Shown here: one piece after another, positions 1-9,128 of the stretch
Layout of the letters: each line of letters opens with the position of its first letter
Numbering within the stretch: position 1 is the stretch's first letter
Origin: a virus
Strand: one strand, 5' to 3'
Virus record (IMG/VR): IMGVR_UViG_2884683641_000001
Span: 62-64,061 of that record
Length of the DNA: 64,000 nucleotides
Notes under the pieces: model-generated
Seen by the model: the letters and a program-made list of their open reading frames with translations, nothing else
What the model was told of the DNA's origin: nothing
The model's database searches: none
Made by a program: the position numbers and the translations under genes

Positions 1-350
1 CGCACCACCAGCTTCCCGGCATCGCTGCGGATTTCTGCGATGTTGGGCGGCAGACTCGGATCGACCACCAGGCGCAGGCCCAGGGCGGCGCCGTCAGCTG
101 CCACGGCCGCTTTGGCGCGGCTGGCCAGCTGGTTGCCGTTCACCATGCCGCCGGCGCATTCCGAGATTTCCAGGAGCAGGGCGGCGGTGGCGCCGAGCGG
201 TGCGCGGTTCAGTTCCAGCTTCAGCCAGAACAGTTCGGTTTCCAGCTCGAGCGCGCGCCGGCGGAGCAGGGCGTTGTCGCGCGCCTCGCCCTGCAGTTCC
301 TTCACGAGCCGCTCGCGAGGCCGGGTCATGAGGGTGTTGTAGAGGCTCAC
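1..350 (-). CDS. Hypothetical phage protein (runs off left edge)
   Basis: GTG at 350 overlaps the stop of the 347..1591 ORF; read manually as MSLYNTLMTRPRERLVKEL..., open to position 1. Confidence 0.6.
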   Translation of the reverse strand, partial: MSLYNTLMTRPRERLVKELQGEARDNALLRRRALELETELFWLKLELNRAPLGATAALLLEISECAGGMVNGNQLASRAKAAVAADGAALGLRLVVDPSLPPNIAEIRSDAGKLVV

Positions 351-1591
351 GCAGCACCGCCTTTCTCGCCATGCTGCGCGGCCATGGCAGCGATAGCTTC
401 ATACATCGGGCGCAGTAGGCGGTGCGCTACATTGCCGGCATCCGTCATCACCTTGAACTCGGCGCTCACGTCTGGGCCGGGGAAGTCATGGTCCTTTGCT
501 GCGGCGAGCTTTCCGTTGTACTTGCCAACGGCTTCGATGCGCGCCTTCTCGGCGGCGTGCCAAGCGATCACTGCGGCGGGTGTCGCAGCATCGTGCTCGC
601 TGTCCGGCTGGCTGGCGCCGCGCTGGGCGAGGGCTGCATAGTCGCTGTATTTTACGAATTCGCCTTCCTTGTGGAAGTAAGCGCCTTCCGAGTGCTCATG
701 CAAACGATAACGATCCACATCGCCCGCTTCCTGGTTCAGCGCCTCACCCTGCACGTCGCCGGCAGTTGCGGCCAGAGCTTGCCGTGCACGAGCAAAACGG
801 GCCGTCAGATCGGATTGCGATTGGAAGTCGCCAGCACCGTTAAGCGCGAACTTTTCAGCTACCATCACATCAATCAATGCCGAGCGCACTAAACCGCCAT
901 TCTGTTGCGCGGGCCAAGGAACCGCCTCACCCTGCGCGTTGGAGGGCTGGGCGGCTTCAAGCAGGTATTCCAGCTCTTCAACGCGACGCTGTGCGGCGCT
1001 GGGGCCTGCGCAGACTTCGGCATACTGCTCATCGGTGATGGCTTCCGCCGCCGCGAGCAAGTCTTCCCACTCCCACTCATCGGCCAACACTTCCAGCATG
1101 CCGCGGGTGAGGTGCAGCGGGACCAAAGCCATCTTGTGCTGAGCCGCAGCCGTGTGCAGTTGCTCCAGTTCTACCGGCTTCGCATCCACTGGCGCTGTAT
1201 CTGCTGGGGGATGTGCGGCCAAAAGCTTCTCTAATGCGGCCTTCGCGATCCATCCGTCCTCGACAGTTGCGGTGTTGCTTCTGTCCTCAAGAAAGTTGGA
1301 AGGCTCGCCACTCACCGTATCCCACGCATCAGGGGCGTGTCTGGCGAAATGATTTCCATCGGCATAGAACGTAAGCGCATCGATCACCTCGTCCATTACC
1401 ACACCACCGGCCTGTTGGCCGACTGCTGGCGCGGGCTGGCGGGCGACGAGGATGGCGCGAACCTCATTGCCGAAATAGCCAACCAGTGCAGCACGGAAGT
1501 CGTCCGGCACCTTGGTGCTTTCGATTGCTTTGCGCAGCGCACGCACCAAGTCGATTTCGCTCAGCGCCTGAATGTCTTTGTTCGTTTCCAT
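347..1591 (-). CDS. Mosaic hypothetical early phage protein (414 aa)
   Basis: Long ORF, co-oriented with the early-left operon; no recognisable catalytic motif. Confidence 0.75.
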   Translation of the reverse strand: METNKDIQALSEIDLVRALRKAIESTKVPDDFRAALVGYFGNEVRAILVARQPAPAVGQQAGGVVMDEVIDALTFYADGNHFARHAPDAWDTVSGEPSNFLEDRSNTATVEDGWIAKAALEKLLAAHPPADTAPVDAKPVELEQLHTAAAQHKMALVPLHLTRGMLEVLADEWEWEDLLAAAEAITDEQYAEVCAGPSAAQRRVEELEYLLEAAQPSNAQGEAVPWPAQQNGGLVRSALIDVMVAEKFALNGAGDFQSQSDLTARFARARQALAATAGDVQGEALNQEAGDVDRYRLHEHSEGAYFHKEGEFVKYSDYAALAQRGASQPDSEHDAATPAAVIAWHAAEKARIEAVGKYNGKLAAAKDHDFPGPDVSAEFKVMTDAGNVAHRLLRPMYEAIAAMAAQHGEKGGAA

Positions 1592-1693
1592 GGTAGTGTC
1601 CTTATTGTTTGAGGGCGTGGCGCATCATGGCCGCAGCTTGGGAAAGCATGTTTTGTTGCCGTATCACGCGGCGCAGTTCACCGTAGAATTCGC

Positions 1694-2752
1694 TCATGCG
1701 CCCTCCGTTTTGTTGAGTGCGCGAATTACCGCTTCGCAGTCGAGCCCGGCTTGCAAGCGGTCAGGATCAAGCTGCTCGAGCGCGAACTGGTGTGCCGCAT
1801 TCCCTGTCCGTTCCAGCGCAGCAGCGCGGCACTGGTGGCCGTAGATGCGGATTGCTTTGGCTTCAGGCTCCGTCCAAGTAAGACCGAATCCATCGCAACT
1901 CGTGGGCAGCGGCGGCAGTTCCCCTGCTACGGGCTGGGCCAGTACTGCCATGTCGCCGCTGCAATCAGGGCAATCCTTCACGCACTTTACGGGACCATGC
2001 ATGAACGGCTCACCATTTGGGTAGCAGTCAATTTCGCCATCATCCACGACACCAGTGCCGCCGCAGTTTTTGCACTTTGGCACCGCGTGCGCATGCTCCA
2101 CCAGCTTCTCCTGCGCGGCCTGGGAATTGTGCTCGCCGATTGGGTCGGAGGCTTGCGCATGCTGCTGTGAGGCGGTGAGAACGCGAACTGCACGGAACAG
2201 GTCTGCAAGAAGCACCGCACTGACCTCAGCGTCCTCATCATCCTCCGCCATCTCGACCAGCGCGAACATCGGATCAGTGAGGCATGCCTCCTCGTGTTCT
2301 GCCAGCAGCGCTTGAGCAGCTACCACGAGATCTGTGCTCGCTGCCACTGGCGCTGATGCATGCGCGGCCGGCAGCGGCGAATGCTTCGGCTTCGCGGCCT
2401 GCTTGGCGCGGATCGCCTCGACCTTCGTCCAGATGCGCACCAGTTCGGTCTCGCCGCACTGGTGCATGTCCAGATCGTTCGCCAGGCACAGCGCTGCCAG
2501 CGTGACCATGACGCCGCCGACTTCCTGAGCTGGCTCGCCGACCGGCCGGCCGTAGACGTAGTCCACCAATTGGCGCGCCTCGCTGGCCGTGCAGCCGGTG
2601 GCCTGCACTAGCTCCAGCGCCTCCTCCAGGAAGCGGTGGTTGCGCTCTTCGCGGTCGCTGGCGATCAGCTCGCCGAAACAGGCCAGCATCCAAGGTTGCA
2701 CGCGCTGCTGGAAAGTTGCGCCGGCGTCGCCGTTCTCAATTTTGCTTATCAT
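1694..2752 (-). CDS. MazG-like/NTP-pyrophosphohydrolase-like N-terminal domain plus CxxC...CxxC zinc finger
   Basis: ERNHRFLEEALELVQ...QEVGGVMVTL acidic helical motif; CKNCGGTG...CPDCSG. Confidence 0.55.
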   Translation of the reverse strand: MISKIENGDAGATFQQRVQPWMLACFGELIASDREERNHRFLEEALELVQATGCTASEARQLVDYVYGRPVGEPAQEVGGVMVTLAALCLANDLDMHQCGETELVRIWTKVEAIRAKQAAKPKHSPLPAAHASAPVAASTDLVVAAQALLAEHEEACLTDPMFALVEMAEDDEDAEVSAVLLADLFRAVRVLTASQQHAQASDPIGEHNSQAAQEKLVEHAHAVPKCKNCGGTGVVDDGEIDCYPNGEPFMHGPVKCVKDCPDCSGDMAVLAQPVAGELPPLPTSCDGFGLTWTEPEAKAIRIYGHQCRAAALERTGNAAHQFALEQLDPDRLQAGLDCEAVIRALNKTEGA

Positions 2753-2991
2753 TGCGGTTCCTCAGTAATCGTTAATTCACTCGGACGCACCGGCTCGACG
2801 ATGCCTTCCAGGTAGACCGTTCCTTCGGCATCGCCCTTGTGCCAGTGCAGGCCGGCGATGAACTGCTTGATACCCTTGTACAGCACCGGACGGCACAGCT
2901 GCTTGGCGCGCAGGAGACGCATGTCGTGCTTTTCGGCGAGGTCGCGGGCGGTTTCAACCGGCGCCGCTGGCAGTTTGTCGCGGGCGCTCAT
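2749..2991 (-). CDS. Hypothetical protein (80 aa; start re-called at MSARDK)
   Basis: ATGA overlap with the upstream small ORF. Confidence 0.65.
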   Translation of the reverse strand: MSARDKLPAAPVETARDLAEKHDMRLLRAKQLCRPVLYKGIKQFIAGLHWHKGDAEGTVYLEGIVEPVRPSELTITEEPQ

Positions 2992-3104
2992 GCCAGCCAG
3001 TCCCAAAGTAGGGCGGCGATCAGCAGGCCGTAGATCACCAGGATCTCGCGCCAGACGGTGGCGCGGGCATTGTGGTCGCGCGCAGGTTTGTTATTGCTGC
3101 TCAT
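2988..3104 (-). CDS. Small single-TM protein (38 aa)
   Basis: Manual translation MSSNNKPARDHNARATVWREILVIYGLLIAALLWDWLA; ATGA-coupled on both sides. Confidence 0.55.
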   Translation of the reverse strand: MSSNNKPARDHNARATVWREILVIYGLLIAALLWDWLA

Positions 3105-3430
3105 GATCTGCCTTTCTTCTTTTTGAGGTAAGGGCGGTCGCTGCCGTAGGCGGGCGCACTGCGCTTCGGTTCCTGACTAGACGCGCGTACCATCCGTTCA
3201 AGATCCATCTCGACGCGGCTCGGCGCTCCGGCAATGACATAGACTTCGCTGCCAACCTGCACTTGCTGACCAGCGACGCAGCCGTGGCCGCGACTGGTCA
3301 AGATGCGCGAGCGGACGGCTTCCTTGTCGGCCTCCTGCGCGGACTCTAGGAGCACCTTCACATGCGGAAGGTGCGCGATTGCCGCCAGAGCTGCAGCGCA
3401 GCCGCTGCCGATGTTGGCGATCCTGGTCAA
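3101..3430 (-). CDS. Hypothetical protein
   Basis: Coupled ORF in the early-left operon. Confidence 0.6.
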   Translation of the reverse strand: MTRIANIGSGCAAALAAIAHLPHVKVLLESAQEADKEAVRSRILTSRGHGCVAGQQVQVGSEVYVIAGAPSRVEMDLERMVRASSQEPKRSAPAYGSDRPYLKKKKGRS

Positions 3431-4161
3431 GGCGCCACCCGCTTAAACTCGACCACCCAGACCCATGGGTTTGTCAGCCAGTTCGGCTCCCCATTGATCG
3501 ACTCCCATAACGAGCGGAACGAGTTTTGAGGCATGCATACCCGAGGAGTCCAGCCGTTCTCGGGGCGGTAATTGCGCCAGAGCTTGGTGTCGGGCACCTC
3601 GCACGGCATTTGCTCGATGCCCTCGGCGATTGCATCCGCCTCGCTGAGATCGTTCAGCCGCTCCACGCGCACGCTGACGATCTCCAGCAGGATCCGGCTG
3701 GCCGCGCGCGGCATGAAGATGGCGGGCCGCTTGTACCATCCTGGCAGCGCGCCTCCGCGTCCCGTTGCAAGCGACACGTCAGGGCTGTCGGCGTCGTACT
3801 GGTAGGCGCGGCCGCACTCGGTCGTCATGTCGATGAAGTGCCACTCGTCGCGCTGTTTCTTCTCGGTGTAGCGAGTCTCCCAGCGGCCGTAGGCGAAAAA
3901 GGTCTCGCGCACCCAGATGCAGTGGGCAGGGCCGCCGTGCGGGAATTTTCGGCCGGCAGTTTCGTCCGATGCGCCGAAGATTTCAGGGCCGGGCGCGTCG
4001 TACCCGCTGTTGTCGATTACAGCCGGGTTGCACAAGCCCACGACTGGATTCCAGTACGGGCCTGGATCGGGCTTCACGATGCGCCGCGTCTGCGACTTGG
4101 TGCCGCCGAGCAGTGCGCGGATCATGGGTGCGCTGAAGAGAATCGGATGGTCCCTACTCAT
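3427..4161 (-). CDS. ASCH/PUA-like phage protein
   Basis: N-terminal PILFSAPMIRALLGGTKSQTRR, IWVRETF, KRPAIFMPRAASRILLEI and C-terminal NPWVWVVEF motifs. Confidence 0.7.
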   Translation of the reverse strand: MSRDHPILFSAPMIRALLGGTKSQTRRIVKPDPGPYWNPVVGLCNPAVIDNSGYDAPGPEIFGASDETAGRKFPHGGPAHCIWVRETFFAYGRWETRYTEKKQRDEWHFIDMTTECGRAYQYDADSPDVSLATGRGGALPGWYKRPAIFMPRAASRILLEIVSVRVERLNDLSEADAIAEGIEQMPCEVPDTKLWRNYRPENGWTPRVCMPQNSFRSLWESINGEPNWLTNPWVWVVEFKRVAP

Positions 4162-4194
4162 GCTAATATTCCCTTTTGCTAACTATTAATCGAA

Positions 4195-4959
4195 ATGGCA
4201 ACTGCCCCTCAAACGCCAACTAGCGCTCAGGCGCAGTCATCAACTACGCCCCATTCGGCGTCGCAGCTGATCGATGGCTCAGACTCTCCTGTTGGCAAAT
4301 TGGCGGCTGCATTCGAGCTCGCTCTTCGCCAGCGCGAATTCGAAATCGCGCAATTGACCCAAAGAAATAATTTCTTCATGATCTTCCAGGGTGTACTGAT
4401 GGCAGGTCTGATCCAGTCTGGGGGAGCGGCTGCTCCTGTAGTCGCTTTCGCAGTCTGCGCGGCGGGATTTCTAGTATCGATCCTCCAGATAGGTATGGCT
4501 GCGGGCTCGAAATATTGGCAGGTGCGCTGGGAGCGAGCGGCGAAGACTACCGAAATCTGGTTGCTTGAAGCGCTCAAGGATGAGCCTCGAGTCAGCCATT
4601 TTTTCACGGCGGACAAAGATGGGTTAAAGCAGAGTGAGCTGACCCGGCTGAATGTGGTGAACTCGACCTTGGCGCGCCAAGCTGACCCGCTCGAAATCAT
4701 CGCGAAGGCGACGACCAAAGCAAATCGCGAGGAGCTAGCGCTTGGCAAACCTTGGATTTGGCATAGATTTTGGAATAGTGTCATTTTGATGAAGTTCTCA
4801 GTTAGCAGAATTCCTATTTACGTTGGTGCGGTACTCGCAGCGTTTTGGTTTTTCCTCTTGACGTTCACGATTTCCTACGATGGCGGGAACCTGTGGCAAT
4901 GGCTAGCCTCCTTGCCTGGGGTGTCACATTTATCACTGGTCCCATTGAAATCGTCATAA
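4195..4959 (+). CDS. Antisense moron, multi-TM membrane protein (pore-effector-like; defence candidate)
   Basis: Opposite strand to its neighbours, lower GC; LRQREFEIAQLTQRNNFFMIFQGVLMAG then hydrophobic segments and a C-terminal TM. Confidence 0.75.
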   Translation: MATAPQTPTSAQAQSSTTPHSASQLIDGSDSPVGKLAAAFELALRQREFEIAQLTQRNNFFMIFQGVLMAGLIQSGGAAAPVVAFAVCAAGFLVSILQIGMAAGSKYWQVRWERAAKTTEIWLLEALKDEPRVSHFFTADKDGLKQSELTRLNVVNSTLARQADPLEIIAKATTKANREELALGKPWIWHRFWNSVILMKFSVSRIPIYVGAVLAAFWFFLLTFTISYDGGNLWQWLASLPGVSHLSLVPLKSS

Positions 4960-4963
4960 ATCG

Positions 4964-6403
4964 CTACGCGAGAATTTCGCGGCTGCCGTTCGAACCTGCC
5001 GGTCCGACGACCGATCCTTCCATGGCCTCCAGTAGCCGCGCCGCTCGGTTGTACCCGATCAGAAGGTGGCGCTGGATCAGCGATACCGACGCGCGCTGGT
5101 TGGTGCGCACCACGGCCACGGCCTGGTCGTACAGCGGATCGGTGGCGCTGCCGTCGCCGGCCGGCACGTCGGTCGCAGCGCCGACCACGCGCTGCTCGCG
5201 TACCGGCTCGTCACCTTTGGCCGGCCGTGGACTTGGCTCGACCATTTCAATCGCCGCGACCAAGAACATTTGCGCCGTCTGCGCGCCACCGGTGTGTTGC
5301 TTCGCCAGCGTGAGCGCTGTTTGGATCTCGTCGGCCCCGGTCTGCTGCATAGACTCGCGGACGGTGTCGATGTACGGTTTCAACGTTTGCTCGTACAGAG
5401 TGTCTAGCACGGCGCGGTGCATGTCGCGCACGTTGTACATTTCCGAGGTGAGCTTGATGGCGCGTTCGACCTGCTGCTGCCCCGGCTCTGCCTGGTTGCC
5501 AGACGCTTCCATCGTTGCCTCGCCGCCCAGTACCTCGACCAGGTCGCCCAGCATCTTTGCCAGCTCGCCGGTCATCAGCGCGAAGTCGCCGTCGAAGCGC
5601 TCATCGTCGTTGTGGCTGGTGATCTCGCGCTCGGTCAGCACGTCCAGCGGCTTGACCGACTTGACGGCCAGGCTCTCGTCCAGCACGAAGCTGATCTTGC
5701 TGTCCCAAGTCATGGCCAGGCGGGTGCACTGCTTGCCGGTGTCGATGTGCCGGCGCACTTCGGCCGGCTCCAGCGTGTGGCGCTTGTACGCCACCTGCGC
5801 CTTGCTTTCGCCGGTGGCACGCAGCGTCGCGTCCTGATCGACGGTGAAGCCTGCCGGTGCCTCGTCGGTGGCCAGCCATTCGGTCATGACGCCGACTGGC
5901 GAGCGTTGCACGCGCAGGCTTTCCAGCGGCATGCGGTCGACCGCCTTGAGCAGCAGCTTGATCACTTCGTCGGCCTTGGCCGGGCTGGCGGCGTCGATGA
6001 CCAGCCAGCCGTTGACTGGATCGATCCAGGCCCAGGTGTTCGATTCGATACTGAAGGCGCGCGGCAGCAGTTCGTCGGTGACGCGCTCCTTCAGTTCTTT
6101 CATCGCCTTTTTGCCTGGCGCGAAGCCCTGGGCCTCTTCCATTTCGGCGGCGCGCGCCTTCGTCATCTGGTTGATGACGGTCGCCGGCAGCAGCTTCTTC
6201 TCGCCGCGCAGGCGGATCAGCATCTGCCTGTTGACGGTGTGCACCAAGCCGCCGTCCTTGCGAGGCGCGTCCCAGCCCTGGCGTAACAGCTCGCTGCTGC
6301 TGGCCGGTGCGAATGCTTGCTTCGCGAGGGCGGCGGCCAGCGCGTCGGCGGTCAGCGCGTAGTCGCGCGGCAGGCGATAGATTTGAAGATTTTTAAACCA
6401 CAT
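4964..6403 (-). CDS. rdgC: Recombination-associated protein RdgC fused to a C-terminal FtsK-gamma winged helix
   Basis: [12 protein letters not shown]-terminus and [12 protein letters not shown]-terminus [11 protein letters not shown]...[22 protein letters not shown]. Confidence 0.9.
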   Translation of the reverse strand: MWFKNLQIYRLPRDYALTADALAAALAKQAFAPASSSELLRQGWDAPRKDGGLVHTVNRQMLIRLRGEKKLLPATVINQMTKARAAEMEEAQGFAPGKKAMKELKERVTDELLPRAFSIESNTWAWIDPVNGWLVIDAASPAKADEVIKLLLKAVDRMPLESLRVQRSPVGVMTEWLATDEAPAGFTVDQDATLRATGESKAQVAYKRHTLEPAEVRRHIDTGKQCTRLAMTWDSKISFVLDESLAVKSVKPLDVLTEREITSHNDDERFDGDFALMTGELAKMLGDLVEVLGGEATMEASGNQAEPGQQQVERAIKLTSEMYNVRDMHRAVLDTLYEQTLKPYIDTVRESMQQTGADEIQTALTLAKQHTGGAQTAQMFLVAAIEMVEPSPRPAKGDEPVREQRVVGAATDVPAGDGSATDPLYDQAVAVVRTNQRASVSLIQRHLLIGYNRAARLLEAMEGSVVGPAGSNGSREILA

Positions 6404-6411
6404 TACTGATC

Positions 6412-6825
6412 CTATTCGGAAAAAACGACGTCGCGAGCGGCGCCGAAGGCATACAAAAACTCGATGAACTGCGCTGCTTCCTTCACGTAGAACTCGGCTG
6501 TTTGAATGCCGAGTTGCACGGTGCGGCGCCCATCAAAGCTGACGGTCACCCGGCCGTCGTGGTGTAGTGGCGTACCGGCCAGGCGCATCTCGTCGGCGAA
6601 CTCATCCACCAGAAGGCGCTTCATGTCGTCGGCATCCCACTTGCGGCCGATGTGTTCGACCTGGGAGGCGATTTCCGCGATCATGGCGTGGTACTTTTCT
6701 TCCTGGGCGCGTTTCTTGCGCGGCTCGGAGAACACCACCATCCAGCCATCTGGCGCCTTTTGCGCGAAGTCGGCTACATTGCGCCGGGCCTGTTCGTGCG
6801 CGAGAAAGAATGTGCGGCGCGTCAT
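6412..6825 (-). CDS. ninB: NinB/Orf family recombination mediator
   Basis: [20 protein letters not shown]...[11 protein letters not shown]...[14 protein letters not shown]. Confidence 0.8.
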   Translation of the reverse strand: MTRRTFFLAHEQARRNVADFAQKAPDGWMVVFSEPRKKRAQEEKYHAMIAEIASQVEHIGRKWDADDMKRLLVDEFADEMRLAGTPLHHDGRVTVSFDGRRTVQLGIQTAEFYVKEAAQFIEFLYAFGAARDVVFSE

Positions 6826-7469
6826 GGCGGTGTCTCCGCTGGCACCGCCTCGGCCGCCTGCTTGACCTTGTCGTATTGCTCAATGCCCCAAGCCAGCGCG
6901 TAGCAGCACCAGAGGAAGCGGAAGGTGTACTCTTCGCAGTCGACCTCCCAAAAGTCGTTAAACACGGCACGGCCGTCCCATACGAAATCTCGCACCGCGC
7001 GGTAGGCCTCATCGGCGCCGTCGTCGGCATGAGCCAGCACTTCGGATTCCAGTTCTTCGCGCAGTCCGTGCCCGAGCTTGCCGGTCAGGCCGCAGCGCTC
7101 GACATACTGCATCACCTGCTGCTTGAATTTGTCGGACGAGAATTCCCGGTAACCATCGTTTTTACCGATAGCTTCAAGCTTCTCTCCCCAATAGCTGCGG
7201 TTGACGGCCAGCCGCGCGTCTCCTGGGCGCTGGTGCAGGCGATCCGTCCGGAAAAATGCAAACATGTCTTCGGTGCGCTGAAACACGTAGGTGCCCATGT
7301 CGCCGGTGTAGCAGAGGTAGCCCGGCCAGGTGATCAGGTCGAAATACATGTTGCTGCTATTTGGCTGCTTGAACCGCACATGGCGGTTCGCGCCCTCATC
7401 GCGGATCACGATCATCTTGTGATCGTCCACGTCGCGCAGGAAGCGCGCTTCGGTGCATTCGTGGGTCAT
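6822..7469 (-). CDS. Conserved phage hypothetical protein
   Basis: Coupled ORF, aromatic-rich (FDLITWPGYLCYTGDMGTYVF). Confidence 0.75.
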   Translation of the reverse strand: MTHECTEARFLRDVDDHKMIVIRDEGANRHVRFKQPNSSNMYFDLITWPGYLCYTGDMGTYVFQRTEDMFAFFRTDRLHQRPGDARLAVNRSYWGEKLEAIGKNDGYREFSSDKFKQQVMQYVERCGLTGKLGHGLREELESEVLAHADDGADEAYRAVRDFVWDGRAVFNDFWEVDCEEYTFRFLWCCYALAWGIEQYDKVKQAAEAVPAETPP

Positions 7470-8098
7470 GCGCCCTCCAAGTCATCGCACAGGTCGCAGA
7501 ACACACTGCGCTTCCCATCGGCGCGCAGCAGGATCGGCTCGCCATTGTTCTTGAACGTCGACCCGCTGTAGCGCTGGCCGTTCGGCAGCAGCTTCACGTA
7601 GTAGCGCTCGTGGTATGCCAGCGCTTCGGCCTGGACCGCCGCCATTAGCGCCTCGGTGCCGACACGGCGCACCCACACCCACTGCGGCCCGGATTCGCTG
7701 TCGTGTATCGACAGGGTGAACCAGCCTTCGCCGGCCGGCGGTTCGCAGTACCAATCGCGCACGTGGCAGGCGTTCTGCTCGTAATACGCGATGGCAGCCG
7801 GATGGTCATCACGCTCATCCTCGAGCGAGTCGAAGCGATATTCCAAGCCCTGCTCCAGCATCCAGGCGGCGTACGCCCGGTGGTCTTCTTCGAAGTCCGG
7901 CAGGCCCGGGTGCCAATACCAGCCATCATCGTCACGCTGGGCCGGTAATGGTTCGATCAGCGCAACCGGTGCCGGCGCGAGCGGCGCAGGTTCGGCGGGT
8001 GCCTTGCCGCGCGCAATATGCTGCACATGCATCGCGCCGCACGAAAAAATGACGGCGCTGACGCTCATGAGCAGGGCGGCGATTTGCACGTTGCTCAT
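7466..8098 (-). CDS. Hypothetical protein with N-terminal hydrophobic segment (start re-called at MSNVQI)
   Basis: ATGA overlap at 8095-8098; the longer track ORF overlaps another gene. Confidence 0.65.
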   Translation of the reverse strand: MSNVQIAALLMSVSAVIFSCGAMHVQHIARGKAPAEPAPLAPAPVALIEPLPAQRDDDGWYWHPGLPDFEEDHRAYAAWMLEQGLEYRFDSLEDERDDHPAAIAYYEQNACHVRDWYCEPPAGEGWFTLSIHDSESGPQWVWVRRVGTEALMAAVQAEALAYHERYYVKLLPNGQRYSGSTFKNNGEPILLRADGKRSVFCDLCDDLEGA

Positions 8099-8349
8099 GC
8101 CGCCGCCTTGCCGACTACCGGCGTCACGCGCTCCAGCAGATAGCAGCCGCTGACGCCCTTGAGCCAGATCACCGCGCTGTGACCGCTCAGCACCTGAGCT
8201 TCGCTGGTGGTGATCGTCTCGCGCACTTCGCCTCCGTCCAGCAGCACCGTGACGGTGGTGCCGACCTGATTCGCGGCATTGAACTTGTCGCAGGCGGCCT
8301 GCAGCTGCGCGCCAGCCTGCGCAAGGCGGCGGGATACGCGGCTGCTCAT
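8095..8349 (-). CDS. Hypothetical protein
   Basis: Coupled ORF, 84 aa. Confidence 0.7.
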   Translation of the reverse strand: MSSRVSRRLAQAGAQLQAACDKFNAANQVGTTVTVLLDGGEVRETITTSEAQVLSGHSAVIWLKGVSGCYLLERVTPVVGKAAA

Positions 8350-9110
8350 ACTGCACCGCCCAGGTCGGCCACGCTGATTACGATGCCGCGGCAGTACACC
8401 TCGGCCCCTTCCAACACCTCGAACGTCGCGTGCGGCACGGCCGTGCTGTACGACCAGGTCGCGTTGTCATCGCTGTCGCACCACAGCGCCTCGACCTTCT
8501 TCGCGTCCGGCTCGCGGGCGAAGTAGTCCTTCAGCGCCGCATCGTCGTCCGGGTCGATATCATCGCGCGCCGGCAGTGCCCCCTTGGCGTCGATCAGCAC
8601 CGTGCCGCCGTCGTAGCAGCTCGCCTCGTCATCGATGGCGCCGCTCAGCACCATCAGGTCGTCGCTGGCACCGAAAATTACCACCAGGCCGGCGGCCTTG
8701 GCCTGCAGTTCTTCTTCGCGGGTGATTTCGCTGCCGGTCTGACGGCCGTTCAGCGCCAGGGCCAGCAGTTCCTTCGTCAGCACCGGCGCGGCGGCCTCTG
8801 CCAGCGTGGCAGGCTTCGCCACCGGCTGCGGCGCGGTGTGGTTGAACGCCGCCTGGTCGACCTTTGTGTAAGGGAACTGGTCCGCGCATTTCTTGATGCG
8901 CTGAATGAAGAACGAGCCCTGCGATTGGGCGCCAAGGAACTCGGCGAACATGTCGGCGCTGACGCCCTGGTAGTGGTAGATATCCGACTCACCCGTCGAT
9001 TTCTTCGGGTGGAACTGGATGGCCAGCAGGTTCAGCTCCGGCACATGGCCGATGGCTGCGAACTGGCTGGATTCGACTTTCTGCATGGTGATGGTGGGGA
9101 TGGCGCTCAT
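8346..9110 (-). CDS. KTSC-domain protein fused to an acidic phage domain
   Basis: VESSQFAAIGH...LAIQF...YHYQGVSADMFAEFLGAQSQGSFF is a KTSC pattern. Confidence 0.8.
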   Translation of the reverse strand: MSAIPTITMQKVESSQFAAIGHVPELNLLAIQFHPKKSTGESDIYHYQGVSADMFAEFLGAQSQGSFFIQRIKKCADQFPYTKVDQAAFNHTAPQPVAKPATLAEAAAPVLTKELLALALNGRQTGSEITREEELQAKAAGLVVIFGASDDLMVLSGAIDDEASCYDGGTVLIDAKGALPARDDIDPDDDAALKDYFAREPDAKKVEALWCDSDDNATWSYSTAVPHATFEVLEGAEVYCRGIVISVADLGGAV

Positions 9111-9128
9111 GGTGCTCTCCTGTGGTTG

